Positions 1 through 15,845 are shown, counted from the first letter of the stretch. The stretch is 248,000 nt of DNA from Wallemia ichthyophaga EXF-994 (GCF_000400465.1 NW_008806280.1:20001-268000); one strand, 5' to 3'. The notes: generated by a model from the sequence alone, not told the origin. Numbers and translations are program-made.

Positions 1-1055
1 GATGGTAACTACGCGAAACCAGTCAAAGGAGAAGCATTCTCGATAGGGATCGGGGAGCGTATAGGAGTGGCTTTCCGTCTGCACACGCCAGGCGAGTACA
101 CGCTGCGCATCTCAGCCTACAACGAGCCGCAGGTGAGTGTGATAACAGCACCATCAGCAACTACTAACCCAGTTGCACAGGTAATCGGTCAATTCGCCAT
201 CATAAGGTATGGATTGGCTGATGATGATGATAGGGTGGAATACAGTGACCCGGCTTCGGAAAATGATCCAGGGATGCCGTCCATACCACTGTCGGAACCA
301 TTTATCAACTACGCTGGTCAGCCTGTATCGGGTGATATACGAGTTCTGAATGATTCACTCATCTCATTGAAACAGTTTGCTCCCCCACTTATCCCCAAGC
401 GCGGGGAAGCGGCGGATGTGACGTTGCATTACTCACTCAGTAACGCCAACTTCCTCAAATGGTCCATGAGCGAGTGGGGCACTGTGGAGTACTATGCCGC
501 CAGCAACGAGCTCAATAAGCCACCGGTACTGTATGATTTCGAGCAATACATCGGTGATGAGTCTATAGCGTCGTATCCGAATGGCAGTGTGGTTGATGTA
601 ATAATCACAAATGGTGCAGATTATGGCGATAGACAACCTGCGCACCCTATCCACAAGCATTTCGAACATTATCACGTCCTCGCGGCTGGAACAGGTAATT
701 TCAGTTACTGGGATGTAGTTGAAGCTGAGGATAATGGAGTGCAAGTTAACTGGCTCGATCCACCTTATAGAGACACTGTGCTGATTCCAGAAAGTACAAT
801 TGATGAGGGCAGCTATCTCATCTTTAGATACGAGAGCGTGCAACCTACAGCGTGAGTTCGGGTGTAGGATGTGATCAATATTTTTAACTAAACAATAGCG
901 CACTGTTGCACTGCCATGTTAACATGCACAATATTGGTGGTATGGCTTATGTACTCATCGCTACAGATGAGGGCGGCACACCTGCAATGCCTGAGTACTA
1001 CAGCGTCAAGGCGCTTAATAAAGATCTCAACACGGTGAATAGCGAGCTGTCGTAA
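1..1055 (+). CDS. Multicopper oxidase (laccase-like), 3' part; 5' end outside window
   Basis: HPIHKH motif in ORF 67..855; spliced last exon gives LLHCHVNMHNIGGM copper-binding signature. Confidence 0.8.
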
Positions 1056-1909
1056 GGTTTTGACAATTGTAATAAAATCCATTTGAAAATGAAAAGAATC
1101 AAATGCTATTGTCAATGCCAAAGACATGCATATAGGAAATGTCTCAATTTACATCGATTTTTGCAGAAATAACGAGAATGCAATAATGATGCGAAAGCGC
1201 TTAGATATACTGATATTAGACAGCTTTAGCAATGAAAATGATTACCACAAGGTTCAATCACCGTTCGCAACTGAATCACAACTGAATCATCATTCATAAA
1301 TCTCAACTTGTGAATACAAAAACGGCGTAATAAATTAATAATAAAGCACAGTCACACTTCACGCTTACAATTTAACCTCAGCCGCTCTCTGCAATTTATA
1401 ACCGATGCGACTGCGGGACGCCGAACGGCCAATGGGAAAAACAAACGGGCATTAAAAATGCGAATGTATTGTACATGTGTCACAGCAGCCGAGAAATATC
1501 GTTTTAAAAGATAAGATAAATGATTTTATACAACTATGTAAACAAGTCAAAAACAAAGGCTATTAAACAAAAGAGATTAAACATAGAAGACAAGAATGGT
1601 AGTATAAGAATCCCTAAAGCTTTGATTCTTTGGTGTGATTATGTTGAGCTGTAGTAGAGTATCGTGTTTGATGTATCGAGTCTTGTGTTTTGTTATCCAA
1701 AATAATGTACAGATTATCTGTCTACCAAGAATGAAGGAAAGAAAGACGAGAATAGGGAAATAAAAGATACGGAGAAGGCTTTCGCTATAACGTTGGATTC
1801 TGTATATCTTTAGAATGACTAGAAATGTGTAAGAAAATCGCGATGAGTCATTTTGATCCTTGTTGTTGAGGGTGAGAGTGTGTTGGCCTCATCAATTCAA
1901 TCCGTGCAC

Positions 1910-3508
1910 CTAGCAATGAACGTAGCTGTCTACCTCATTTGCCTCTTTAGGATCGAGTGTGTAATCAACAAAGTCAGTGATAGCGCTATGGCCAAAGTCG
2001 TGCGTATGGGGATGAGTATGAGCGTTGACTAAGTTATTACCATGTGAACCACTTCCAACACCGACACTAAAGTCATTGCTGTTGCTAAAATCGTTACCAT
2101 TTTGAGCGCCTCCACTGACACCGAAATCTTCGAAAGTGTGGATGAAATCGGATGCGCATGATGATCTTCTAACTTGATCATTGTAGCCGCTATACATATC
2201 ATACGGTACCATACCACCATAAGTCGTTGTTGCGCTTGTAGATACCTCAGAGTCCCTCCTGCAGTTATCGAACAAGCTGCTGTTATCGAAGTTACTCGAC
2301 ATAACAGATTGTCGACGATCGGCATCAGATTGATCGTCAAAGTAGGAAGAAGATTCTCTCCAGAAAGTGTCTGAAGTCGCTAGAGCATGGGAGAGAGAAT
2401 TTGAAGAAGATGATTGAAAAATATTGTGCTGTTGCTGATTTTCCATTTGTGATGGAGTCGTGTTGGTCGTTGGACTGGAAGGGTCGCTCGAGTTAAGTTG
2501 AGCGTCTGCAGTGTGGAGTACTAATCCATGCGTAGAAAGAGGTGCTTCTGTAGGTGAAAGGGGGAATGGCGAGTTTGGAGATTCTTCTGTGCAAGTTGGG
2601 AGTTTAGACTTGGATGCAGATTGACGTAGTGACTGATTTGAGCGACGTGTTTGGAAATTTGGAAGTGATGCTCGCCTGACGGGGCCGATGTTGCCGGGAT
2701 TTGTAAGAGCGGAGAGGGAATAGCCGAGGGAGTGAGACTGAGGGATAGACAAACCTAAGCCGTTTGTAGGCGCGTGGGTTGGCTGTACAGGTTGTGTTAT
2801 GGGAGCAGATCCCCTTCTAAACTGCGTATTGTTAGGGTTACTGAGTGGATCCAAGTTAAAGTGAGTATCAAAGAATGGATTAGATATCAGGCTTGTTGGC
2901 GATAGACTTGTAGATGGCGGTATTAAGCTTGAGGATGCAGGACTTGGAAGGGGCGATGGATAGAGAAGATTTTGACTTGGCTGAGGGTCAATTTGAAGGG
3001 AATTGTTGGTTGGTGCGGGCGTTAGCGTTGGTGCAGGTGTAGAATCACTGTCACTGTGTGCCTGTGCCTGTTGCTGCTGTGGCTGTGGTTGTACCTCGAA
3101 ATCGTCATTGACCTGCTTCTTGGCCTGGGCTTTGGCCTTTGCCCTTCTATTCTGAAACCAGATCTGAACGCCCCTTGGAGTCATTTCAAGTTGCTCTGCC
3201 AAGGATTTCCTAATTAAGGCTGCTGGCTTTGGATTCGTCTGGTAAGTTTCCTCGAGGACCTGGGGGTTATTTTAGCAGAGAATTTCACAGCCACAGAGCC
3301 AGCTATCACGTACATTAAACTGATGCTTCGACGTCCTCTTCCTGTGCTTAACCTCGAATGGCTGATATTGGAGCAATTGCGTCTGTAGCTGCTGCTGCGA
3401 GGGCTTGCTATCGCTATCGTCCTGGCCCACAGCATGCTGAGTTGCCTGATAGCTACTTGGGTGGAATAACTGTACTGGCTTATAATTCATCATTCTATCT
3501 CTGGTCAC
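1910..3508 (-). CDS. Homeodomain transcription factor
   Basis: KHRKRTSKHQF exon plus QIWFQNRRAKAK helix 3; long Ser/Pro/Gln-rich tail. Confidence 0.85.
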
Positions 3509-3710
3509 TCTTCACCGATTTCAGTAAACCCGATTCGATACTGAAATTCCGGTAAGAAAAATTAAATAAAATATAAAAAGCTTTTTGGTTATTTGGTTTA
3601 GCTTACATGAATTTATAAACCCCAATTAGTCCCTTAACACTCTCAGTTCACTCCCCCCACACACCTTCCTAATTCATTTCATTTTCCTACAAGAAAATCT
3701 TCATCCAGCT

Positions 3711-4970
<1,260 letters not shown>

Positions 4971-5172
4971 GAGCCTTGTATTCTCATCGAAGAGAAGATC
5001 TTGCGTATATCAGAGGAGACGTGTACACCAACAATCGACCCACCTGAAGGCACCAAACGGGGATGAATATACTCAGCACCGCTAGCGCCGCTGTTCAAGC
5101 CTTCCAGCACCCGCATAACTCCCCCGCCATCGACAGCGACATTCCTAGGTTTTATCACAACCACCATCGTCA

Positions 5173-5820
5173 ATGTTCACCGAGGAAATAAAAACACTTA
5201 AGAGACTCGGTTTCAGGCATTGCTTGTTGCAGGCCTTATCCTTTGCCAGTGTGATATGTACCGCACTCGCCGTTTACAAAGGATTAGGCGTGGTGATGAA
5301 CACCGAGTCACCGATCGTTGTAGTCTTATCGTAGGCGGCGTATCTAGCAGCGTGATACAACCTCTCACTCCTCTCCTCCAGCGAATCCATGGAACCTGCC
5401 TTCGCGCGTGGCGATATCCTCTTCTTATACCATCCACCCGTGCAGCAGCCCATCGATATTGGAGAAATTACCGTCTACAAGCTACCAAACACTGACATAC
5501 CAATCGTGCACAGAGTCATCGATCATCATTTGGATGTGGGGCTTGAGACAGAGAAAATTCTCACCAAAGGCGATAATAACCCCGGAGACGATATCGTGTT
5601 GTATCGCGGACCCAAATGGCTCAGAAGAGATCAGATTGTGGGCAAGGTTATAGGTTATATTCCTTATGCGGGCTATATCACGATATTGATGGTATGTGCT
5701 TTGTTTGAGGTGATGGCAGTGACACTAACACTAACACACACATCCCAGAATGACCATCCTAATATTAAATACGCTGGTATTGCGCTTATGGCCGCTTTTG
5801 TCATGTTAAAGAGGGAGTAG
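5173..5820 (+). CDS. SEC11: Signal peptidase complex catalytic subunit
   Basis: [22 protein letters not shown] motifs. Confidence 0.92.
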
Positions 5821-6043
5821 CTGTTTATTTATGCATGTATTTCATTCGAGTTAGGTGCAGAATGCATGAGGAATGTTGGGTGCCATGTACCAGGTATTAT
5901 AAACCATATCCACACAGCCTATGCAATAAACACTTTGCATACGTCACAAAACCCACGTTCAGCAGGCTGCAGCACGTGCGTCTGACTCGCTAAACCACTT
6001 GCGCACGTATTGATACACACGACAACCAACGCAACGCACAAGA

Positions 6044-7138
6044 ATGCAGCAAAAGAATCCATTACGACACACGCTATTCGCAGTCAGCGCACTCATGGTC
6101 GCGCTAACCGCGAGTCCTGTGCGCCCACCTCTAGATATACAAGCGCATCGCGGAGGACGTGGGAGTACAGTGGAGAACACACTTCCCAGCTTCGCATATG
6201 GCGCCATCAGCGGAGCCAACACGCTCGAGCTAGATTTCGGAGTGACAAAGGATGGATATGGGGTGGTGTGGCATGACGAGTATGTGATGCCGTCGAAATG
6301 TCTCGATACAGCGCCTGTCGTTGAGGAAGATTCCATGTGGCCATACGTAGGGAAACACATTGCGAATCTCACTCTCGCACAGATCAAGACACTCGATTGC
6401 GGTAGTCTGCGTCAGAGCGACTTTCCAATACAGGAGACTTACCCTGGCACTAAACTGTCTACTCTAGACGAACTGTTTGAGTTTGTTGCGTGTTTTGATA
6501 AGTCGGGCGACATTCAATTTAACGTTGAAACAAAGATCAACGCTGCACGAACCAACTCCACAAGAGATCCCCTTACTTTTGTTGAGGTGCTCTTGGATAG
6601 CATCGATAAGCACCATCTAGGCACGCGCATCACCCACCAAAGCTTCGATTGGCGGGCTTTGCAGATATCGAAGCATCTCAGACCACATCTCAAGACTAGC
6701 GCACTGTATGACGTAACAACAGCAACAAACAATTCAGCGTGGCTGGGTGATGGGGATATTACAGGTATAGAAGATTACAACGGACTTCCCCCTGCCACTG
6801 CAGCTGCTTTGATAGCAAGGGAAATAGACTCAGATATGATATCACCTGCGGAAATAACCACCAACAGCTCATCGACGCTGTCCTCACCGGAGTATCACCC
6901 ATTCCTCACAGAGGAGGTCGTTCATGTGGCACACGACTTGGATATGCTCGTCAAGCCATGGACGGTGGATACACTCAATGTCGTAGACGAGATGTATGGC
7001 TGGGGCGTTGATGGGATTATAACCGACTGGCCACATCAACTTGTCAGATGGGCTGAGCTGAACAAACTCAACACTGCACGCAAGTTTGATCATCATGTTG
7101 TAAACCAGTGTCTCGCGGAACACAACCAGCTTGTATAA
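6044..7138 (+). CDS. Secreted glycerophosphodiester phosphodiesterase (GDPD)
   Basis: Signal peptide; AHRGGRG..ENTL, ELD, NVETK, GIITD motifs. Confidence 0.88.
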   Translation: MQQKNPLRHTLFAVSALMVALTASPVRPPLDIQAHRGGRGSTVENTLPSFAYGAISGANTLELDFGVTKDGYGVVWHDEYVMPSKCLDTAPVVEEDSMWPYVGKHIANLTLAQIKTLDCGSLRQSDFPIQETYPGTKLSTLDELFEFVACFDKSGDIQFNVETKINAARTNSTRDPLTFVEVLLDSIDKHHLGTRITHQSFDWRALQISKHLRPHLKTSALYDVTTATNNSAWLGDGDITGIEDYNGLPPATAAALIAREIDSDMISPAEITTNSSSTLSSPEYHPFLTEEVVHVAHDLDMLVKPWTVDTLNVVDEMYGWGVDGIITDWPHQLVRWAELNKLNTARKFDHHVVNQCLAEHNQLV

Positions 7139-7208
7139 GTATCTAATCTAGTTATTTTGCTATTGGGAATATCTATACTTTGAGTGTCGCTTTGTCACTG
7201 TTGTCACT

Positions 7209-8631
7209 CTAACTCACCTCCTCCACTTGCCTCCGTCTCACTCTCTCGCCAAGTGTCCGTTTGAGCTTATCCAAATTAACCTCATGTTTCGCTGAAATAG
7301 GTATGATGGTAGTAGACGGATCGAGAGTGCCGCCCTCGATTAAACACTGCACACCATCTGTAAACTGCGAGAGACGGTGTTTGGCTTGTGCATTCTGCTG
7401 CTCATCACCACCCAGTAAATCAGCCTTGTTTGCGACAATCACCGTCCCAGCCCTGGCCAGACCGCTTTTGTACTCGTTCAGTTCGTGTATCAGGGTGTGC
7501 AAGTGTGTGAGGGGGTGAAGTGAGGAAAGATCGACAACAAACACGAGCACGAGAGCGCGCTCGACACTGCGCAGGAAAGTGTGTCCGAGGCCCTTGTTGA
7601 GCGCCGCATCAGCAATCAGGCCGGGGTTATCGAGGATAGTGAATCTGTGCGAGGGTGTGAGTGCATCTTTAGCGCCCTCACCTTCACCCTCACCGTCAGC
7701 ACCGACGACACCAATCTCAGGCTTGAGCGTCGTGAAGGCGTAGTTGGCGACTTTGGTCTTGGAGCTGGTGATAGCAGCGAGGATGCTGCTCTTGCCTGCA
7801 TTCGGCAGTCCCACCAGTCCGACATGAGCGAGAAGCTTCATTTCGAGACTCAGCTTGACATGTCCACCCGGCTGGCCTTTGCGGGCGAACTTGGGTGACC
7901 TGTGTTGATGGGTGACGAAAGCGGGGTTGCCGACACCGCCGAGACCACCTGAGACGATGAGATGAGGGGACTTATCATCGGATATATCCACTTCGAGTGC
8001 GTGCTCCTGCTCGTGCTGTGGGTTATAGCGTTTCAGCTGCAGATTTTCACTCCTACGCAATTCTTTGTCGGCGTCGAGGAAGAGAGGGTGGGTGGAATTA
8101 GCCTCCTCCATGCCTGGATAGTGTAGCCAAGCCCTGTCTCTACGCAATTGCGTGAGTGTGTCTTCGTCTTGGCTGCAGTTCCTGTCTTCGCGCGGCGGAG
8201 GCGCACACCGCCACAGCTCGCGGATAACGGTGCCTGGGGGGATATCGATGACTGTATCAGCCCCACGCTTGCCTAAACGGCCATCCCCGCTGCCTGATGC
8301 GCCGTTGGCAGCGCGGATCTTGGATGGGATCGTGTGGAGGCTGTTCAGTTTGGCGTTGGGGGAGAAAGTCACAGAGCCACCAGAACCACCTGAGCCACCG
8401 CTGTTGAGTGCGTTCAGCAGACACTCTCCACACCATCCAAACCACTCACGTCGGCGGCCCTAATCCCGTAGGCGTCTTGGTGAAGGCAACAGCGCCGTTG
8501 CCGCCAGCGCCCGCCTTAACGTCGACGACGTGGAAATCTTGGAATCTTTTATGACGTCGCTTGCCATCGACTCGCAGTCTTATCGCAGCTTCGTTGAGCG
8601 TCTTGCGTAGCGTCATCGGCGATCGTTGCAA
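7209..8631 (-). CDS. MTG2: Mitochondrial Obg-family GTPase
   Basis: Gly-rich Obg fold; GLPNAGKS, YAFTTL, DNPGLI, NKAD. Confidence 0.88.
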
Positions 8632-8638
8632 GTGAACG

Positions 8639-10645
8639 TTGAAGATGAAGGAAACAAATAAAAATAAAATCCAGCAATTCTCACCAATCAGATTGCAGAT
8701 CTACAAAGAATTCTGGCACGCACTTTCTTCTTTCAAGCTCAACACCCAGCGGCTGGATGACGCACCGATACCAGTCCACGCAGGTTTCAACGCAGGCAGG
8801 GCGATCATCGATAACAACACCGGCGACGTCATTGATACCCCGGCATCCCTCCTCCTCGACGGTCTTGGCGGTGTCGACGGCGTCCCTCTCAGCTACGCGG
8901 CGCACGGCCACGTCCACAACATGAACACCATCGAGGATTTCAAGCGCTGCGATAAGACAGCTCTCTTCAACTCCACCCTTGACTCCATCAAGCTGGCCAA
9001 ATCCGTTGACGATTTGATCCGCTTCCTCCTCATCTCCTTCTCAGACATGAAAAAATTCACTTTTCACTACCTCGCAGCGACCCCTGCGGTGATTGATGGG
9101 GGTGCACCGTGGCTGGGGAGCATGGCTGGGTGCGATGCTGCTCTGGCACGCGAAATACAGAGTGTCCAGCCGGCAGGACAGTGGTGTTGGATTGTTCGCA
9201 GGGCAGATGACGGTGTGCTGAGTGGTGCATCTGTTGATGAGTGGGAGGTGTTCCATCGCGACACTCACTCACAGTCACACACTCACAACCACACTCCCAC
9301 CATCGCCTTCATCGACCCCTCCTCAGGCCACGCGCCCGGATGGCCACTGCGCAATCTCCTCTACTACATCTGCACACGCTTCGGTGCGCGCAAAGTTGAC
9401 GTCTTTGCCAGCAGAAACACACATTCTCTCTACGGCACGCTGACCACCGATGCACGCGCGTACGAGCAAGTAAGTGGGGTGGGATGGGAGAAAAACAGCT
9501 CCACGCATAAGATATCTCCACAGACAATCGACCTGAGTGCCTCACTCGATCCAACCAAACTCGCCGACCAGGCGGTAGAACTTAATCTCAAGTTGATGAA
9601 ATGGCGCATACTCCCCTCGCTCGATCTGGACGTGATCGGTGGGCAGCGCTGTTTGCTGCTGGGGGCGGGTACGCTTGGATGTTATGTCGCACGCGGGTTG
9701 ATGGCGTGGGGTGTGAGACACATCACCTTGGTTGACAGCGGCACAGTCAGCTATAGCAACCCTGTCAGGCAGCCGCTGTTCGAATTCGAGGACTGCGCAG
9801 AGGGCGGGAAGCCCAAGGCGGAGTGTGCGGCGGAGCGCTTACGTAGGATTTACCCAGGCGTACAGGCATGCGGTGTGCAGTTGAGCATTCCTATGCCAGG
9901 TCACCCCTTCCCAACCTCCAGCAAGGCGCGTGTGGAGAGCGAGGTTCACCGCCTTGATGCGCTCATCGATCAGCATGACTCCATATTTCTCCTCACTGAC
10001 TCCCGCGAGAGCAGATGGCTGCCAACTCTGTTAGGCAAGGCGCGCAACAAGGTGGGTTGGAATTGGAGCGTAGTTTGGAAAACACCCTAACACGCACCAC
10101 AGACGGTCATAAACGCCGCACTGGGATTCGACAGCTATCTCGTAATGCGTCATGGCACACCGGTCAACAAACTCGGTTGCTACTACTGTAACGATATAGT
10201 CGCACCAACAGACTCACTAAGTGATCGGACACTAGACCAGATGTGCACGGTCACCAGACCGGGTGTGGCGCCTATAGCTGCTGCTACTGCCGTCGAGATG
10301 CTGACATCACTCCTGCAACATCCACAGCAGAAGCATGTGGGGAGTACTCGTGCTGGTGGTGATCATGTGCACACCGATGAATCACTCCTCGGCGTTACTC
10401 CTCATCAAATTCGCGGCCAGCTCGGTCGGTTTGATAACGTGCAAATCACTGGCATGGCTTTCGACCGCTGCACGGCCTGCTCGGATGTCATCCAGGATGC
10501 ATACCACACCCAAGGGATGGAGATGATCAGCAGGGCTATCAACGATAGTGACTACCTCGTCAATATCAGTGGTCTGTCAGATTTATATAAAGCTTCAGAA
10601 GATGCAATCAAGGATATAACAATAGAGAGTGAGGATGAGTTTTGA
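8639..10645 (+). CDS. ATG7: Autophagy E1-like enzyme
   Basis: LLGAGTLGC, SNPVRQPLF, LDQMCTVTRPG. Confidence 0.93.
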
Positions 10646-10677
10646 TCAATCCACCCAAAATCACTCCAATCTTAATA

Positions 10678-11231
10678 TCAAGTGGACACCAGAATCAGTA
10701 TCGATGATGTCAGATAACTGTAAGACACCAATGTTAAACGAGGCATCTTCGAATGGTTTCTGCATCTGACCACGGCTGAATCTACCCAAGTCACCGCCTT
10801 TAGCGTGAGAGGAGCAGTCAGAGTGTTCGTGTGCGAGTTTCGAGAAGACGGCGGCGAGTTCATGAGCGTGGTACTGCGAGAGGGTTGATTGCAGCTCTCT
10901 CAGCTGAGCGAGGGCTTCTTCCTTTGAGCGAGTAATGTTAGCCTGTGGGTGGTGTTAGCGTGCGTGCTGCTGATACTTCCTACACTCTCACCTCCTTCCA
11001 GCTCGAAGGCCTTCTTGACTTGTTGTGCTTGATGAGAAGGTGCGACGCGCGTACTTTTTGTGGCGCTTCACCTGCGCCACCCGCACCACCCGCCAACAAC
11101 TCATATCCAGCCAGCGACTTGATTTCTTCCTGAGTTAGATTCCCCGGTGCCTCCCAGACGCTCTCCCTCGTCTCCGAATTAAAGAAATATGGCTGCTGGC
11201 GTGAGTTTGAGAATTTAATCGTCCACGTCAT
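10678..11231 (-). CDS. ESS1: Pin1-type peptidyl-prolyl isomerase (WW + parvulin)
   Basis: WW domain then KVRASHLLIKHNKSRRPSSW. Confidence 0.9.
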
Positions 11232-11321
11232 TTTGCAATGATGTCACGAGCCAAGGCAACTAGGCAACATTTGTTTCATTTAGGATAAAAAATTAAATTA
11301 TTACAAATTTCACTTATTCTC

Positions 11322-12690
11322 TTAGGACGTCATGTAAGTTGAGGCTTCAAGAGTCTCTGGGAGCTCTGGAATTGCAACCTCGAATCTGGACTGGATTGCT
11401 TTGAGTACATTGTCATCGTCCTCAGTAGAAACGAAAGTGATTGCTAGACCCTTTGTACCGAATCTACCTGCTCTACCTACTCTGTGAAGGTATGAGTCGG
11501 CATCTGTTGGTGTATCGTAGTTGACGACAATGTTTACTCTCTCAACATCGATACCTCTACCAAAGATATCAGTTGCAACCAAGATTCTAGACTCAAACTG
11601 CTTGAATTTGGTGTACCTCGCAATTCTCTCGTCTTGGCTCATTCTAGAGTGTATGCAAATTGATGGGAAGTTGCACTCTCTAAGTAATTTGTCTAGTTCG
11701 TTAGCTCTGAGTGTTGATTTAACAAAGATGACGACTTGGTTGAAGTCGAGGCTATCGAGGAGATCGTTCAGCTTGCGATTCTTTGTTGATTCAGATAACT
11801 TCACATAGTGCTGTTGTAAGCCGTGCAATGTAAGTTTAGTTTCATCGTCGACGTAGATTTCCAGTGGAGATTGCATGAATTTTTTGCAGACTGGTCTAAT
11901 TTCTTTCGAGAGGGTGGCACTAAACATCATGACCTGCTTGTGATGTGGTGTAGCTTTGAATATTTCCTGTACATCCCTTCTCATATCCAATTGATCGAGC
12001 ATTTTATCACACTCATCGAGAACAAAGTGTTTTATAGCCTTACCATTCAAGCTACCATCTCTAACTAAAGCGTTAATTCTACCAGGTGTACCAACGATAA
12101 CATGAGGACATTTTTCCTTGTTTTTGAGTATTTCTTGATCGGCTGCGACTGGAGTACCACCAAAGAAGACGGAGGTTCTGACGTTTGGCACGTACTTTGA
12201 GAATCTGCCGTACTCATTTTTGATTTGATAAGCGAGTTCTCTAGTGTGGCAGAGGACGATGACAGAGACTTCACCGTCAACTGGCTCCAATTGCTGCAAA
12301 GACGCCAAAACGAAGACAGCAGTCTTACCCATACCAGATTTTGCCTGGCATACAACATCCATACCGAGAATAGCCTGTGGAATACACTCTTGTTGAACTG
12401 GTTGTTGTGGCTGTGAGTTGAGTGGTTGCGTGACTTGACCAACTAACCTTCTGAAGGATGCTCAAAACCCAAATCTGAGATTGCTCGCAGCAATTCAGGC
12501 TTTAAGAGGAAATCTCTGAATCCAGTGGAGTGTATGCCAACGTAAGAGCCCTTCTTATCCTTTCCTTCTTCTGTAGGCTGCGCGGGTTGCTGCTCCTGCT
12601 GCTGCTGTGGTGCGACTTCCTCCTCCTCGTAATCAATAAGGTCTTCGTTATCAGCCCTGGAAAACGCGTATTAATATTCTCATTGCCCTA
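11322..12690 (-). CDS. SUB2: DECD-box RNA helicase UAP56
   Basis: [26 protein letters not shown]. Confidence 0.95.
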
Positions 12691-12829
12691 TTTAACACCA
12701 ATTTATCTCACATTTTTTATTCACTCTGGGTGTATTCAACTAACACTCGATTCGGCGCATAGAAATTGAAAAATTATCTGAAAAGCGTGATTTATATTGA
12801 GTTTTTATATTTTCTTTTATTTTCTTATC

Positions 12830-13987
12830 TCACTTTCTAAGGCTGTCGTAATTCCTAACAAACCAATCCACGCTCTCCTCCAAAGCCTTTTCAAATGGGG
12901 TGAATTGAAAGTTACCGATGCACCTCATCAGCTTGTCGTTAGACGCAGGCTTCCTATACTGTCCATCTGGTTTGCTGGTGTCAAGGACATACTCTCCTTG
13001 GAATCCAACAGCCTTAACGACAGCATCAGCCACCTCTTTTATACTCACCTCCTCATTCTCCCCTACAGAGAGAATGACAGGTTCGATAGAATGATACTCG
13101 CGCAGCTGCCATATGAATAGCCTAGCGAGATCCAACGAGTAGATAAACTGCCGTAACGGCTTACCCGAACCCATCACCACGAATGGCTTCTTCTCCTTGT
13201 TTGCGAGGTAGCACTTGTGTATCAGGGCGGGTATAACGTGCGCGTATTCCAAGCTGTAGTTGTCATTAGGACCAAAGATATTCGTTGGAATTGCCGATGT
13301 GAACTGATTACCGAACTGGTCGTTGTACGCGTGGTTCTGTACATCTATCATACGCTTACCATATGCATAACCAAAGTTAGATGAATGTGGTGGTCCTAGG
13401 TGCACGCTCTCCTCGCGCAGCGGATAGGATACTTGGTCAGGGAAGACGCAAGTGGACAGGCAAGATATAAGTTTGTGTACCTGTGAAGGCTATGTTGAGA
13501 CTTGTAGTTGTATATGTGCTGCAAGCCACCCACCTTAAATTCATGGCTCAAGTGGAGGACATTGTCGTTAATGAGCATGTTCTCGCGCAGGAAGTCTAAC
13601 TGTGAGCGTGCGTAAGTGTGATTTACACCGCCCCATACAATATCGTACCTTGTATTTCATGTTGGCGAACAGTCCACCGACTTTCGCAGCGAGGTGTATG
13701 ACGTGCGTCGGGGAGTATTTAGCGAATACCGCACGCGCTTCTGCGTAGTTGCTAAGTGTTCATCACGTGCGCCGTAAGCACTGTTCAGGTCATTCAACCC
13801 ACACTCACCGCAGATCGCCATCAGTCGATTTGAGGAAGACCCAGGATTCGTTCGGCTGTCTCCCAAATCTACTTCCAATAGCCTCCTCATTGATCACTTT
13901 GTTTATTGCACTCCCAACTAATCCTGTTCCACCCGTAACGAGTACGACAGATGTGTTCTCTTGGCCGCTGCTACTGCTGTTGGTCAT
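12830..13987 (-). CDS. GDP-L-fucose synthase (epimerase/reductase)
   Basis: [35 protein letters not shown]. Confidence 0.9.
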
Positions 13988-14059
13988 TTCGGTCTAAGGA
14001 ATAAGGAATAAATATTCATCGTGCTTATAATCATATTTATTACGTTGATTGATTACGTT

Positions 14060-15845
14060 TTACAAAAATCCTGCTTCTGGTATGGACCCTTTCACCGCTT
14101 CGAAATTGTTCAGCGCTTGCTCCAAGTTCCAATTATTCGATTGAAGGCACTCTATAGAAAAGTCGTAATTGAGACGCGTCCTCACTGCCAGCTCACAAAC
14201 AATACCATGTTGCTCTTTGGAAATGTGGTCTGGTGGGTTTTTCGGCAGCTTGAGTAGTATCCCTTTACTTCCCTCCACCGTGTCGATTGTGCTGCCCTCC
14301 CTCCACGCTTCAGATTTGGATAGTGCGCGTAGTGTGAGGCTGTCCGAAACCACCGCACACGGCCATCCACTCTCGGCGGCGAGCGTTGATACCGAAGAAG
14401 GAGCAAGAATAAAAGTACGGTCAAATGACCTGAACCCCTTATTGCCATTCTCTATAAACTCACCATGCACCGAACAGAATATTACAGCTGTTGAAGGTAT
14501 CACTCCAGGCATGGTCCAGCAATCAAAAACGAAATTGTTGATATCGCTGATATTATGCGTTGTGCGTGGCAGTAGTTTTTGAGCTTCAATTATCATCTTA
14601 TTTCCAACCGACAACTTCTGGTTCCTCGTTTCGTTGTTGTAGATCTTGGAACAATTTCTAGATGTCGCTGTTGGTTTATTGTCAATGTAAGGCTTCCACA
14701 TTATTTTTGGTTTGCCGTCGTATAAATTTTGCCTTCTTGCGCGTGGAGGGGTGTTGGTGTTGACGGAGATACTGAATGTGGCTGTATCAGTGTAGGCAGG
14801 GAGTAAAGCACCTCTGTCATTATCAAAGAGACTAAAAAATCTAGTAAGAAATTCGGCAACCAATGGACCAACTTCAGCGTTATCTCTACCGAAACTACCG
14901 AGAATGGCAACAGGGAATTGAGATGGCAGGGATTTAGTTGCATCTGATTGAATGCGTTGTTTCTTTGGATCCAATTTGACACCATCACCCAAATCAAATG
15001 TTACGGAACGTTGAACAGGTTTCATATCGAGGAGTTCCAATGTAGGGAACTTCTTTATGACTCTCGCTCTCCACGTATCACCAAAGCGGGAAATGGGATT
15101 ATTTGATAGAATGAGTTCTTTGAGGTTGCGTAGTCTGCGTGAGGAGCATAAAGCGTATAGGTCTTCTACGTGTCTGAAATCGTTATCGCTGAGGCTCAAG
15201 TTTTCGAGATTTGGGATGAATTCTGGGAGAGATTTGTAAGAATGTAAATTGCGCAAGTGATTCGAGGCCAGTGAGATAGTCTTGACATCAGGGAAGAGCT
15301 CAGCAATGAGTTTAAAGAGGGAGGGACCTGCGAGTGATTTCTGTTTGGAATAACCGGGTGGAATGAAATTTGCAGATTTAAGGATATCGTCGTCGCCCAT
15401 TTTCTGGTTATTAGAGTTAGATAGGTGAAAAAACGCGTAAAACGGCCGACAAACCTCCAAATTTAGAAAATTGAGATTAGAATCGAAGCGAGTGTTTAAG
15501 AAGCGAGTCAATGCGTCGATAACGTTTCTGTCCGACGTGGGTTTTGTCGGAGGGTTATTGAGAGACACCTTCTTAGGGCGTGTGGGGGTGTTCGGACGTG
15601 AAGGAGCGCCACTCAGGCGAGATGAAGTAGATGGGCGTGCGAGAGGATTAGATTTGTTACGTATTTGAGATCTTCTTGATGAGGAATCAGCGTCTGACAT
15701 GGAAGAATCCTCATTTGTGGAACCAACGCCTCTACCGCGTTTACCCTTGTGCTTTAATAAACCGGCAGATTTTAGGAGATTGTTTCCGACGCCGGGAGCA
15801 TTTGAATTTGAATTTGAATTTTCAACACGATCGGCATACATGGTG
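14060..15845 (-). CDS. MEX67: mRNA export factor (LRR, NTF2, TAP-C)
   Basis: LRR block, NTF2-like RSFDRTF, C-terminal CLQSNNWNLEQAL. Confidence 0.88.

Noticed and set aside
1910-3508. Homeodomain gene as part of a mating-type HD1/HD2 locus
   Set aside because: Single typical homeodomain with no divergently transcribed partner; the neighbours are a Rab6 gene and an oxidase gene.
6044-7138. Intronless GDPD as a horizontal transfer
   Set aside because: It has a fungal-type signal peptide and composition like its neighbours; sequence alone gives no support without a phylogeny.
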